Shown here: in pieces, positions 1-9,681 of the stretch
How positions within the stretch are numbered: the first letter of the stretch is position 1
Layout: each line of letters opens with the position of its first letter
NCBI GenBank assembly: GCA_964493715.1
Contig: CAZBPC010000011.1
Coordinates: forward strand, 880 to 64,879
Direction of reading: 5' to 3'
Length of the DNA stretch: 64,000 bases
Source: an uncultured archaeon
Lineage (GTDB): Archaea > Asgardarchaeota > Lokiarchaeia > Sigyniarchaeales > SOKP01
Made by a program: the position numbers and the translations under genes
Notes under the pieces: model-generated
What the model saw: only the letters and a program-made list of their open reading frames with translations
The model's database searches: none
What the model was told of the DNA's origin: nothing

Positions 1-1
1 A

Positions 2-1240
2 GCTGAAGCAAAAGTTTTAAGGACGATAGAAAGAGCGAAAGAAAACATCTCAAGAAGAGAAAACCAAAACTGTTCTTGGATTGGTCCAATTCACGGAGGA
101 AAATTCCCTAATTTGCTAAAAAAAAGCAGCATTGAAATGAGTAAATTAGATTTTGGTATATATGCTATTGGAGGATTAGTTAAAGCATTTTTACAATACC
201 AATTTGAGTTGACTCTTGACATGCTAATAACAGTAAAAAAAAACATCATTCCTAATAAGCCCTTGCACATGTTCGGTTTAGGATTGCCGCAATTCTTCTC
301 ATTAGCAGTGGCGTGCGGGTGTGATCTAATGGATTCTGCAGCCTATATCTTATTTGCTAAAGAAAATCGCTACTTTACGCTTTCCACGGGTACTAAAAAA
401 TTAGAGGAGTTGCAGGAATTTCCATGTCATTGCCCGATTTGCACTAAATACACCCCTAGTGAAGTAAAAAAGTTCGAACCTGAATTGAAAGTAGAATTGT
501 TAGCAAAACATAATCTCTATCTTTCTTTTTCAGAATTAAGAACAATAAGACAAGCAATAAGGGATGGCGATCTATGGGAACTAGTCGAAACCAGAATAAG
601 AAATCATCCAAATTTGGTAAATGCGTATAGATTAATTAAAAATCACTCCGATTTCTTTGAACAACATGAGAAAGTATATAAGAATCACGGAAGGCTTTAT
701 TCTTCTGTTGAAAGTGTAAATAGACCACTATTTCGGCGTTATCTTAATAAATTGGAAACAAATTATCGAGTCCCAAAAGAAGTAAAATTTTTAATAATTT
801 TTCCTGAATTGGATGTAAAAGGGACTTATTCACCAGAAATCCAAAAATGGTTAGGAATCATAAACAAAAACGCAAATCGAGAGAAAATTCACATCATATT
901 AGCATCTTCGTATTATGGGGTAATACCGAATGAATTAATGGAGAGTTTTCCTCTTGGTCAACATGAGGGTAGAATGGAAATCATAGATCAAGGTTATATT
1001 TCTAATGCATTATACAACACAAAATTCTTTTTTGAGAAAAATCACTCTAATTATGATAAGATAGCGATATTAATCCCTGAAGAATATCTAAACGAGTTGA
1101 ATGAACCTACGAAAATCTCAAAAACTAACGTAATTTTCGCTATTAAAGATTATTTGACTAGTAATTTTAAGGAAAAAGTATCTACTTTTCATAATATTGA
1201 ATCCACATTAGCATATTTCAATAATGGTTTAAAAGAATGA
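2..1240 (+). CDS. tRNA-guanine transglycosylase family protein (archaeosine TGT / ArcS-like), 5'-truncated by the window edge
   Basis: The frame is open from position 2, with no stop before the TTG at 113 used by the ORF track. GPIHGG, FGLGLPQFF..CGCDLMDSAAY and the Zn-site-like CHCPIC motif are typical of the TGT fold. No PUA-like C-terminus is evident. The stop overlaps the next start (ATGA). Confidence 0.8.
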   Translation, partial: AEAKVLRTIERAKENISRRENQNCSWIGPIHGGKFPNLLKKSSIEMSKLDFGIYAIGGLVKAFLQYQFELTLDMLITVKKNIIPNKPLHMFGLGLPQFFSLAVACGCDLMDSAAYILFAKENRYFTLSTGTKKLEELQEFPCHCPICTKYTPSEVKKFEPELKVELLAKHNLYLSFSELRTIRQAIRDGDLWELVETRIRNHPNLVNAYRLIKNHSDFFEQHEKVYKNHGRLYSSVESVNRPLFRRYLNKLETNYRVPKEVKFLIIFPELDVKGTYSPEIQKWLGIINKNANREKIHIILASSYYGVIPNELMESFPLGQHEGRMEIIDQGYISNALYNTKFFFEKNHSNYDKIAILIPEEYLNELNEPTKISKTNVIFAIKDYLTSNFKEKVSTFHNIESTLAYFNNGLKE

Positions 1241-1659
1241 CAATTCTAGAGAAAATAATTGCTTTTGGGCATCCCAATGTCTCTTGTATTCATAATTCAA
1301 CCATTGAAATCACGAAAGAAAATTATTTAACTATTAAAGGAACCTGCGTCTTGGGTATCAATTCATCAAAAGCATGTTTCGATTTAGATTCAAAATTAAA
1401 ACACGAAATCTGGAATGGAGCAAAAATAGAAGTTGTAATTCAAGTAGAAGAATTTTATGATAATTTTTATGGTTTTGGTAACAAATTATTATCTCTTTTG
1501 CATAAGTCAGATATAGTTTTCCGTAAAAGTGATTTTATTTGTGATCGAACCGTGTTAATTAACTGTTCTAAATCATCAAGCGATTTAAATAGAGATTTAG
1601 TTAATAGTCTTACTTCTCCTAATAAAGAAATAAAATTAACGTTTAAAACTACGACATGA
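1237..1659 (+). CDS. DUF371-like small archaeal protein
   Basis: The N-terminus AFGHPNVSCIHNSTIEITKENYLTIKGTCVLGI matches my recollection of the DUF371 consensus (GH.N..A.H.TT.E.TK...LT..GDC). It has 4-nt overlaps with both neighbours. Confidence 0.5.
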   Translation: MTILEKIIAFGHPNVSCIHNSTIEITKENYLTIKGTCVLGINSSKACFDLDSKLKHEIWNGAKIEVVIQVEEFYDNFYGFGNKLLSLLHKSDIVFRKSDFICDRTVLINCSKSSSDLNRDLVNSLTSPNKEIKLTFKTTT

Positions 1660-2798
1660 TGAAAAAAAAGATCCAATTTATTAAGGTTGAAAAGGAAAAA
1701 GGAGAAGATCTAAAAATAGCTCTAATTAAACAATTTAAAAAGCAGAGAATTATTAATCCAGATTACCAAATTGAATATGATGGTAATTTTATTCTCTTTC
1801 CAATAAAAACCCTCACTGAAAAACAATTTTCTGAATTAAAATATACGATTAAAGAACAATTTTCAATAGAAATCATAAACAAGAAAGGTACATCTAAAGG
1901 AAAGAAAGAGAGAACTTCTCTGGAAGATTTATTGGTAGAAAAATTACCAAGTGATGTATTAGACATAATTCCAAAATCTTACGATGTTATTGGTAAAATT
2001 GCGATTGTTGAGTTTGATCGCTTTACAGAATTAAATCAAAAAACGAGCATTAAATATAAGAATCAAGTAGCTAGTGCTATCATGCTGCTCCATAAGGGAT
2101 TAAAATCGGTTTATGAAAAAAAAAGTGAAATTAAAGGAGTATATCGGCTGAGAGAATTCTCGATTTTAAAAGGACCCGACAATCCTGAGACAATTCATAA
2201 AGAAAACAAATGCTTGTTTAAACTTAACATAAAAAGCACATATTTTTCTCCCCGATTGGTGTATGAAAGAAACAGAATAGCTACAAGTCAATTTACTGAA
2301 AATGAGAACATTATTGATATGTTTGCAGGAGTAGGCCCTTTTTCAATACAAATCGCTAAAAATCACCCGGTGAATATACATTCTTTTGATATAAATCCAG
2401 CAGCATGTATATATTTAGAGGAAAACATAAGAAATAATAATGTAACTGATAAAGTAACGGCTTATAATTTAGATGTCAAGAATTTAATAGATAAAGAAAG
2501 CATGTTAGGTGAGACTTTAAGAAATAGTGTAGATCGCGTTATTATGAATTTGCCAGAAAAAGCGGTCAATTATATTGATGTTGCTTGTTTTCTTCTTAAA
2601 GAATCAGGAGGTATTCTTCATTATTATCTTTTTAATGAAAAAACTTCTGCTATTGAACACGCTATCCAAGAATTAGAATGGAAGTTGGATGAGGAAAATT
2701 ATCATATCGTAAAAATCATATCTTCAAGAAAGGTTAAAGCATATTCACCAAAGATGGATCTATTATCTTTAGATTTATATATAAAATCAAAAAAATGA
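1656..2798 (+). CDS. trm5: tRNA (guanine37-N1)-methyltransferase, Trm5/Taw22 family
   Basis: SAM-binding motif IIDMFAGVGPFSI and catalytic-region motif VIMNLPE. Length and domain order are typical of archaeal Trm5. Confidence 0.85.
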   Translation: MMKKKIQFIKVEKEKGEDLKIALIKQFKKQRIINPDYQIEYDGNFILFPIKTLTEKQFSELKYTIKEQFSIEIINKKGTSKGKKERTSLEDLLVEKLPSDVLDIIPKSYDVIGKIAIVEFDRFTELNQKTSIKYKNQVASAIMLLHKGLKSVYEKKSEIKGVYRLREFSILKGPDNPETIHKENKCLFKLNIKSTYFSPRLVYERNRIATSQFTENENIIDMFAGVGPFSIQIAKNHPVNIHSFDINPAACIYLEENIRNNNVTDKVTAYNLDVKNLIDKESMLGETLRNSVDRVIMNLPEKAVNYIDVACFLLKESGGILHYYLFNEKTSAIEHAIQELEWKLDEENYHIVKIISSRKVKAYSPKMDLLSLDLYIKSKK

Positions 2799-2831
2799 TT
2801 TATAAAACCCTTTTTATTAAATAAATGAAAA

Positions 2832-2906
2832 TGGACCTGGCAGGATTCGAACCTGCGATCTTCGGATTAGAAGTCCGACGCCATATCCATGCTTGGCTAC
2901 AGATCC
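2832..2906 (-). tRNA. tRNA-Arg (anticodon UCU), 75 nt, no intron, CCA not encoded
   Basis: The reverse complement GGATCTGTAGCC...TCGGACTTCTAATCCGA...GGTTCGAATCCTGCCAGGTCCA folds as a cloverleaf. The acceptor stem has 7 bp (one G-U), the anticodon loop is CTTCTAA, and the T-loop is GGTTCGAATCC. Confidence 0.9.
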
Positions 2907-3064
2907 TCACACAAATAGAATCTCGGATTATCTATAAACTTTTTTAAAATACTTTAATTCTCAATGATAAATTAATAAATCATTAATACATTTTTTTTAA
3001 AAATTTAAACTAATATAATTATATAATAATCTCAAATGATAACATGTAAATTTCTTCTCTCAGC

Positions 3065-3790
3065 ATGAAGTATAATCTAATAAAGAAAACATTTGTACAT
3101 CAAAATATTCCTTACTCATTTAATTGGAATAGAGCGCATTATTTTCAGAAAATAAATCAAATCAATTCAGATAAGGAGGATTTTGAAAGATTAAAAACAC
3201 ATTTCGAAGAAGTTTATGAAGGAAACATACCAAATGACTTGTTTAATTCAAGGAATATTCCAAGAATTTCTCAATTCAAATTAAGAGGGATCAAATCTAC
3301 ATATCTTGAATTCTTCAGAAAAAAGCTCATAAGAACAGGTAAAATAATAGAGCTGAATTCTCAATCAAAACTACCCATAATGACTCAAAAGGTATTCGAG
3401 ACATTTGTTGGACGAAACAAGAAACCAGGACATAATCCTATATTAAAAAATATCTTAATTAAGGATCCTGATTCAATTGCCATAGAAGTCCCAATTTGGA
3501 AGGAAGATAATAACACGTGCCTTACAGGTCATATCGATCTAATCCAAATCGAAAGAAATACCTTAAAAGTAATAGATTACAAACCTGAAGGTAAATTTAT
3601 AATATCGTTACCTCAAGTTTCAATGTATGGGCTGCTTTTAAAGAACATGTTAGGGATAAGTAACTTAAAATGCATATCGTTTAATAAAGATAAAGCTTGG
3701 GAGTATGAACCACAGATATTATTAACAGATATAAAAGTATTTTTAGATTCATATAATTTAAAAGAAAGAGAATGGGAACGCTTTATATAG
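3065..3790 (+). CDS. hypothetical protein, possible PD-(D/E)XK nuclease fold
   Basis: GHIDLIQIE...LKVIDYKPEG resembles the D...(D/E)xK signature. There is no other recognisable motif. Confidence 0.4.
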   Translation: MKYNLIKKTFVHQNIPYSFNWNRAHYFQKINQINSDKEDFERLKTHFEEVYEGNIPNDLFNSRNIPRISQFKLRGIKSTYLEFFRKKLIRTGKIIELNSQSKLPIMTQKVFETFVGRNKKPGHNPILKNILIKDPDSIAIEVPIWKEDNNTCLTGHIDLIQIERNTLKVIDYKPEGKFIISLPQVSMYGLLLKNMLGISNLKCISFNKDKAWEYEPQILLTDIKVFLDSYNLKEREWERFI

Positions 3791-3791
3791 A

Positions 3792-4055
3792 TTATAGTTT
3801 TTTCTTAGTAATCTGAGTTGTCTTTTTTTCATCTTTTGGATTTATATAACCACGGAGTAAAAAATGACATAGAATTAAAGCAGCACATTCAACAATGATG
3901 CCTATAAAAGTAATCATTGTTCCATTCGTTCCTAAAAATCTTAAAAATAATGCTATTGCTAGACCAGATGATATTAGAATAACGATTAGGAAAGCTTTCA
4001 GAATTTGACCGATAGAATCTGTGATATATCCGAATTCTTTTTTTAACCAAGACAT
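3792..4055 (-). CDS. small membrane protein (2 predicted TM helices)
   Basis: Two hydrophobic stretches (ILKAFLIVILISSGLAIALFL and ITFIGIIVECAALILCHFLL) and a basic C-terminal tail. Confidence 0.4.
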   Translation of the reverse strand: MSWLKKEFGYITDSIGQILKAFLIVILISSGLAIALFLRFLGTNGTMITFIGIIVECAALILCHFLLRGYINPKDEKKTTQITKKKL

Positions 4056-4128
4056 GACAAAATCTTTTCATTTTAATTTTAATACTCTATTTTAATAAAC
4101 CATGATAATTTTAATAATTTTTTTTATT

Positions 4129-6540
4129 TTAAACATCCTTACCTTTTTTCTTGAATTTAAAATAGAGAACTTTATCTAAAATCTTACCAATTTTAATAGA
4201 AATTCTTTTCGCGATCTCAAATCTTTCCCCATCTACCATTGATTTCATTTCTTCAAGAGAAGGATCATGCTTTAATCTTTCATTTAAGACATCTTTAATA
4301 ATTTGAGATACATCCTCATTCATTTTTTCATCGATGGGAAGTTTAAAATTTGATTCTAATTTTTTTATTAAATCAATTGATTCTTTGTAAAATTCGAAGA
4401 ATTTACTCAATGGATTTTGATCAGACTCACTATGAATTTTAATACTTTCTGATAATATTTTTGTATCTTTCTCTTGCCAATAAAATTGATTCGGGTTGAT
4501 TCCAGGACGATTAACACCCATAAGTGCTGAAGTAATGCGACGTTCAATCCAATTAAAGGTACTTTCCTCCTGCTTTTCTCGAATGACCCTTCTCTTCTCT
4601 TGTTTTTCTTTTTCTACATTTTCAATGCCTTCTATAACTCTTGATTTCCCTTTTTCATTAAATTTTTCAAATCGTTTGACTAAATCATAAGCTATGCAAT
4701 ATGAAACGGGAGAGACGAGATCTGCTTTCAATGATAACGAGGCAACATCGCTAAAAATATTACTTGGCTGAGTTTTTAGCTCTGACATACTTTCTTTTAA
4801 TGATCTATTTTGCAAGAGTGATAAAATAAATCCATTAACAAGAAAAACTTGATTTTTTGCATTCAATACGATAACTAACTCCTCTTGACGTTTCATCAAT
4901 CGATTGATAATCAATTCCTCGAATTTAATATTCACCCATTCCTCAGATTCTAAAGTACCTTCAATTTTTGTTAACGCTAAAAGGAATAGACCTTTGTCAT
5001 TAGTTACCTTGTCATATAACTCAATGATACGACAATATTGCCGGAGGATTTTAGATAAGATGTGTAAATAAATATCTTTAACAATATTATTTAAAAATTC
5101 ATTAAAATTTAGAATTAAAATAATTTGTGAATAATTTGAAAGGTTAAGTTCATGAAAAAACACTTTATCTATAATCTGCTTTTTTCTTACGAATTCTCTT
5201 AAATCATTGATTGTAAAACCAAGTTTTTCTTCTAAGAGATTCCAAAATTTTTGAAGAGCGATCTCATCTCGATATATTAAATTAATTACATTAACGTCTG
5301 ATAAATTATTAATTGAACCTATAATACTCTCAAGAAAAGGATACTTTAGATCACAAAGAAGTCTATTAGTTTGATAAAGCAAATTCTTTTCAGGATCATT
5401 CAAGAGAAGTAAATCTTGTTCTTGGATATTATAGCGAATCATGTTTATTTTTACCTTTTCGATAACCTCTTCATTGACATTAACGATTTTTAGTATATCA
5501 TCAATACCTCTCATATTTAGAGAGAAAATGATCTCATCAAAATTTGATTCTTTTAGACTTTGAAGTAAATATATGAAATCATTAGGATTATTCCTAAGTT
5601 GCTTAAATAATTTAGATTTTAAGAATGAAAGAATTTTATTTTCAAAACTATCATAATCTATTTTTTGTGCCAAGCTTTTGTGAAACGTATTTACTAAATT
5701 TTCTTTTATCATATTTCCTTCAATAAAAATTTTTAAAGCATTAATAGACACGGGAAATTTCTCAGATTCATATTCCACTATTTTTCGTTTAATCATTCTT
5801 ACGGGCATTGTTTGAACTTGAAGTTCTTTATATGACTTAAATTCATATTTTCGTTTAATTCTCGAAATTAGTCTATCTAATGTAGATAATTCAATGAAAT
5901 TATCTTGTTTTTCTTCCATTTCTAATTTTTTTTCCAAATCACTCGAGAGATCTTTAAAAGCAGAACTTTCTTTTAATATCTCATATTTTATTTCATCAAC
6001 TAATCCAATTAAATCTCCAATAAAGTCATAAAAATAAAAAGGAGGATAATTTGTGACAATATCTAATAGGAGTTGTTCTATTTCTGCATCAAGGTTTTTC
6101 TTTTGTCGCTCTTTTTCAATATCTGATAAATCTGAAATTCTTTCATTTATCAAGACATTCAAAAAGGAATTTTCTAACTTTATAATCTTATGAATCAGGT
6201 CGATCTCAAGATTGAAAGAATTTTTTAATAGGATTTCGAACTCTGATAGTAATAACTTCTTTTGTTGATCTTCATAATGACTCGCAGTTTCATAAGCAAA
6301 TTTATTATATTGTTTTGTTTCAAGCACTCGAATACCCATATCATGATAAAGATGTATAGAGGCAGTAGCTAATAATAATGAATTAAAGGTGCCATCTTTT
6401 TGATTTAACTTCATTATCAAATTCTTGTCTTGTTCCCGTTTAAAATGTGAAAGTATCCTAGTCATCGTCTGAAAGTGCCTATAAGTACCTTCTATAGCGG
6501 TGGTTTTTCTCTTTATCCCACTTATTCTTCTATCAACCAT
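4129..6540 (-). CDS. large orphan protein (803 aa), mostly helical, no recognised domain
   Basis: Long uninterrupted ORF whose start overlaps the upstream gene's stop by 19 nt. K/E/L/I-rich helical composition. No P-loop or metal-binding motif seen. Confidence 0.7.
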   Translation of the reverse strand: MVDRRISGIKRKTTAIEGTYRHFQTMTRILSHFKREQDKNLIMKLNQKDGTFNSLLLATASIHLYHDMGIRVLETKQYNKFAYETASHYEDQQKKLLLSEFEILLKNSFNLEIDLIHKIIKLENSFLNVLINERISDLSDIEKERQKKNLDAEIEQLLLDIVTNYPPFYFYDFIGDLIGLVDEIKYEILKESSAFKDLSSDLEKKLEMEEKQDNFIELSTLDRLISRIKRKYEFKSYKELQVQTMPVRMIKRKIVEYESEKFPVSINALKIFIEGNMIKENLVNTFHKSLAQKIDYDSFENKILSFLKSKLFKQLRNNPNDFIYLLQSLKESNFDEIIFSLNMRGIDDILKIVNVNEEVIEKVKINMIRYNIQEQDLLLLNDPEKNLLYQTNRLLCDLKYPFLESIIGSINNLSDVNVINLIYRDEIALQKFWNLLEEKLGFTINDLREFVRKKQIIDKVFFHELNLSNYSQIILILNFNEFLNNIVKDIYLHILSKILRQYCRIIELYDKVTNDKGLFLLALTKIEGTLESEEWVNIKFEELIINRLMKRQEELVIVLNAKNQVFLVNGFILSLLQNRSLKESMSELKTQPSNIFSDVASLSLKADLVSPVSYCIAYDLVKRFEKFNEKGKSRVIEGIENVEKEKQEKRRVIREKQEESTFNWIERRITSALMGVNRPGINPNQFYWQEKDTKILSESIKIHSESDQNPLSKFFEFYKESIDLIKKLESNFKLPIDEKMNEDVSQIIKDVLNERLKHDPSLEEMKSMVDGERFEIAKRISIKIGKILDKVLYFKFKKKGKDV

Positions 6541-8825
6541 GCTCTATAAACCTCTTTAAAATTATCTGAAATTTCGAATAAAGACTTATTCCCCCAATAT
6601 TTGAAATTAAGGACATGATATAATTCTCTTTGAAACAACTCTCTTTCATTATCCGTAAGTATTTGATTTAATATTATAGATACTGGACGAGGAATCAATT
6701 TTGAAAAGTATTTTAAATTCACATCTTCAATATAATTATAAAAATTTTCTTGTTCAGTCAATTTAAGAAATTTTATTGGTATTAATTCCTCTTCGTTCAT
6801 ATTTAATATACTGAGTTCGGTTTCTATTTTTTTTCGGACATATATGGGAAATTCAGTAGCAATTCCTCTACAATATTCAAACTGTTTATAAAACTCTAGA
6901 AATAGACTGTGGTTCTGATCATTAGAAACATTAGCAATATATCGATCTAAGAATTTAATAAAGTAATCAATTTGTTGTTCACGTGATTCTCTTTCTTCTA
7001 AATAACTAATAAAGTCTGAGACAATTTCATTTAAGGTCCAAATTCGCTGTTCCTCTACCTTAAAAAAAAGTTTTGCGTAATCTATTATCCATTCTAATAT
7101 ATAATATTTCCAGGCTAGATTGATTCCACCTATACGTTTTTCTAGAAATCGATGGAACTTATTAGAAAATGTGACTGGATCGCTGATTTTATTTTTAGAT
7201 TCTTCTTTTAAAAAACGATTAATAGTACTATAACGTAAAATATAGCTTAGTAGAAATTCTAATTCAGAGGAATACGTTTTAAGATTTTCAACATATTCCT
7301 TTATTGGGTCTAATACCTTCATTTGAATTTCTGCAAAAGAAATTATATCACTAATGTTCAATTGTGCTTTTTCAAAAAATGATGGAATACTTTGTTTTAA
7401 GATTTTTTTAAATTCTCTAACTAAAATTTCCTCATCATAATGAGATCCCTTAGTAAAATGGATGGTACATAGTTCAATTTGATTAAATAAAAACTCTTGA
7501 AATTTAATTAGAATATTATTTCCTATAGATTTGGCAGGTTCTTGCTCATGGGTAAATTTATCTTTTAAATGAGATATAAGATTTAAAATGAATGTCTTTA
7601 ATCTCCTTCGAGCTAAATATTGAGGCAAACTCTCTCTTAATATCTTAAAGCTTGCTTTCACAATTTCTGAAAAGATAGATACTGAGGAATTTAAATCATT
7701 AGCTCGAAGTTTTTCGGAATTATGTATTGATTGCGTTATAGATTGGTTAGCAATTATAAATATTTCATCATAAATCTTTTCAGTTCTTCCAAATTCTTTA
7801 TGGATAAAATCTCCGTATATTTTTAATAACTCTTGTAAATTACCTGATTCTCCAGAAAGTAGAAAGGTTTTAGAATTTTCTAAAAATTGGTTAAAAGATG
7901 ACTCGAAAATCTTTAAATCTTTTTCAAATTCATCAATCACCCACTTTACGGTATGATTCTCGTTAACCTGTTCAATTCGTGCATTAATTCGATCTATAAT
8001 AAAAGAAATTACACTTTCTTTAGATTCATCGATCGTTCCCGCATTAGCCAAATTTAATAAATTCGATCCAAATTGTAGTGTTTTTTCAACAATGTAGTTT
8101 GCACTAGGTTCAGAAATTCCATATTTTAAATGTTCTTTTGAAGCATGTTCATCAAGAGGATCACTTAGTTTTTGAAAAGAAGGATTTGAAAAAATAATTT
8201 CAATTGGTTTTTTATTCCAATTATAATTTACATCTGATTTAATTGAGGCGAACGTGTTTAACATTTCTTTTTCAGTGGGCAAAGATAAACTAACTCCAAT
8301 AAGTTTTTTATTCCACTTATTTTCGAGTAAATCACCATATAATTTTTTACTAAATCTAGATGCAAAATTTCGTAGTACCAATGCTTTTTGGCTTTTATTT
8401 ATGCCGGGATGATCTGTGAATTCTTCTACCTCAAAAAATAATTTGCTTACATTATTAACCGAATCTCGAGATTTGTGAGTGTTTAAATATCCAGTTTCTG
8501 GTTTCAGTGCAAGAAGCAGGCTTTCACAATCTTTAAACTTACCAGGAATCAATAACATTGATTTTGGGAAGATTTTTAGCGATGATTCTTTTTCATCATA
8601 ATTATATAATTCAAATTCAATACTAAATAGTTCCGAACCTGTAAAATCTCTCAAAATTGCATTATACATTCTTAAATATGCGATGATCTCTTGAGATAAT
8701 TGATTCATTTTACTTCTAGTTAATTTACCCGGCCCGATAACATCTCCAACAACAATATCATCTGGAGAGGAATAACCAAATATTAGAGAAAATTGATAAT
8801 TAATTGATTCTCGTGTGGTAATCAT
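6522..8825 (-). CDS. large orphan protein (767 aa), no recognised domain
   Basis: Long uninterrupted ORF, first gene of a two-gene unit. The N-terminal ~200 aa look mixed alpha/beta and the rest looks helical. GPGKL is not a true Walker A motif. Confidence 0.7.
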   Translation of the reverse strand: MITTRESINYQFSLIFGYSSPDDIVVGDVIGPGKLTRSKMNQLSQEIIAYLRMYNAILRDFTGSELFSIEFELYNYDEKESSLKIFPKSMLLIPGKFKDCESLLLALKPETGYLNTHKSRDSVNNVSKLFFEVEEFTDHPGINKSQKALVLRNFASRFSKKLYGDLLENKWNKKLIGVSLSLPTEKEMLNTFASIKSDVNYNWNKKPIEIIFSNPSFQKLSDPLDEHASKEHLKYGISEPSANYIVEKTLQFGSNLLNLANAGTIDESKESVISFIIDRINARIEQVNENHTVKWVIDEFEKDLKIFESSFNQFLENSKTFLLSGESGNLQELLKIYGDFIHKEFGRTEKIYDEIFIIANQSITQSIHNSEKLRANDLNSSVSIFSEIVKASFKILRESLPQYLARRRLKTFILNLISHLKDKFTHEQEPAKSIGNNILIKFQEFLFNQIELCTIHFTKGSHYDEEILVREFKKILKQSIPSFFEKAQLNISDIISFAEIQMKVLDPIKEYVENLKTYSSELEFLLSYILRYSTINRFLKEESKNKISDPVTFSNKFHRFLEKRIGGINLAWKYYILEWIIDYAKLFFKVEEQRIWTLNEIVSDFISYLEERESREQQIDYFIKFLDRYIANVSNDQNHSLFLEFYKQFEYCRGIATEFPIYVRKKIETELSILNMNEEELIPIKFLKLTEQENFYNYIEDVNLKYFSKLIPRPVSIILNQILTDNERELFQRELYHVLNFKYWGNKSLFEISDNFKEVYRAWLIEE

Positions 8826-9088
8826 TATTAAATCCTTCTTATTACTAGTTTAGATTAATGGTTTTAGGCTTTAACCAATTAAAAAATTTAAATATCTTAT
8901 AGTTGATAAAGTATTAAAATTTAAGCAGAGCCATAACAGATTATATTTTTTTAGAAGTATCTAATCAAAATTTGTTTTTTTACAATATATAAAAATAAAA
9001 ACATAAAAGAGATTATTTTTATAATAAATTATAATAAGCAATTTTCGCATATTATAAGATTTAAAAAAATTGCTAATAGGTGTTATAA

Positions 9089-9493
9089 GTGGAATTCGGT
9101 TCGGATCTCGGAATCACGAGTAGTGACATTGAGAGAATTAGCCCTCAAATCACATTTATTACTTCAAACGCGGACATAGAGGCTATCGCACTCGTGTCAA
9201 AGGAGGGTTATCAGATTGCATTCTCTGCTTTACCACAATACCATGTTGACGGCGATCAATTTTGTGGATTGGCCTCAGCCTTATTAATGACGGGAAGCTC
9301 AACGATTCAAACGTTATTTCAAGAAGATTTAAGTGAAATAATAGTAAGAGCAGAAAACGGTTATATAATTGTGAGTAATGCGGGACGTTTAGTAATCGTT
9401 TGTGCAGGGACTGTAATCGAAACCCTTATGAAGACGGTTAAAGTCATGCGAATAGCGGCGAAAAATTTGAATAAAATTTTCGAAGGTCGCTAA
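9089..9493 (+). CDS. Roadblock/LC7 (MglB-like) domain protein
   Basis: 134 aa with the Roadblock pattern: IEAIALVSKEGYQIA...DQFCGLASALLMTGSSTIQTLFQEDLSEIIVRAENGYIIVSNAG.LVIVCAG. GTG start. Confidence 0.7.
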   Translation: MEFGSDLGITSSDIERISPQITFITSNADIEAIALVSKEGYQIAFSALPQYHVDGDQFCGLASALLMTGSSTIQTLFQEDLSEIIVRAENGYIIVSNAGRLVIVCAGTVIETLMKTVKVMRIAAKNLNKIFEGR

Positions 9494-9586
9494 TATTCAC
9501 TTCATTTAGTTTCATATCTAATTATTTTTAATTACTATTCAGATTTTATTGATGTTCAAAACATTAAATTTATAAGTTAATTCGAG

Positions 9587-9600
9587 TTTTTTATTTAATA
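9587..9600 (+). promoter_or_regulatory. TATA-like box positioned for a transcript starting at about 9620
   Basis: The ttttttatttaata element is centred about 27 nt upstream of the ATG at 9622. This spacing is compatible with a leaderless transcript of the Trp-rich small ORF. Confidence 0.3.
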
Positions 9601-9621
9601 TTCTTAATATGGATTTAAATC

Positions 9622-9675
9622 ATGCTTACTGAGAAAATGACTTTTTGGCGTTGGCAGTGGCAGTGGCGTTCATGA
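9622..9675 (+). CDS. putative Trp-rich leader peptide (17 aa, MLTEKMTFWRWQWQWRS) upstream of trpB2
   Basis: Direct translation: atg ctt act gag aaa atg act ttt tgg cgt tgg cag tgg cag tgg cgt tca tga. Four TGG codons fall within eight consecutive codons. It lies 157 nt upstream of the trpB2 start. Confidence 0.45.
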   Translation: MLTEKMTFWRWQWQWRS

Positions 9676-9681
9676 TAACGC
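9666..9681 (+). promoter_or_regulatory. small hairpin spanning the leader-ORF stop codon
   Basis: GCGTT (9666-9670) pairs with AACGC (9677-9681) around the 6-nt loop CATGAT, which contains the TGA stop. A second GCGTT at 9648-9652 could pair alternatively. T-rich tracts follow (ctcttt, cttttctttc, tattttt). Confidence 0.3.
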
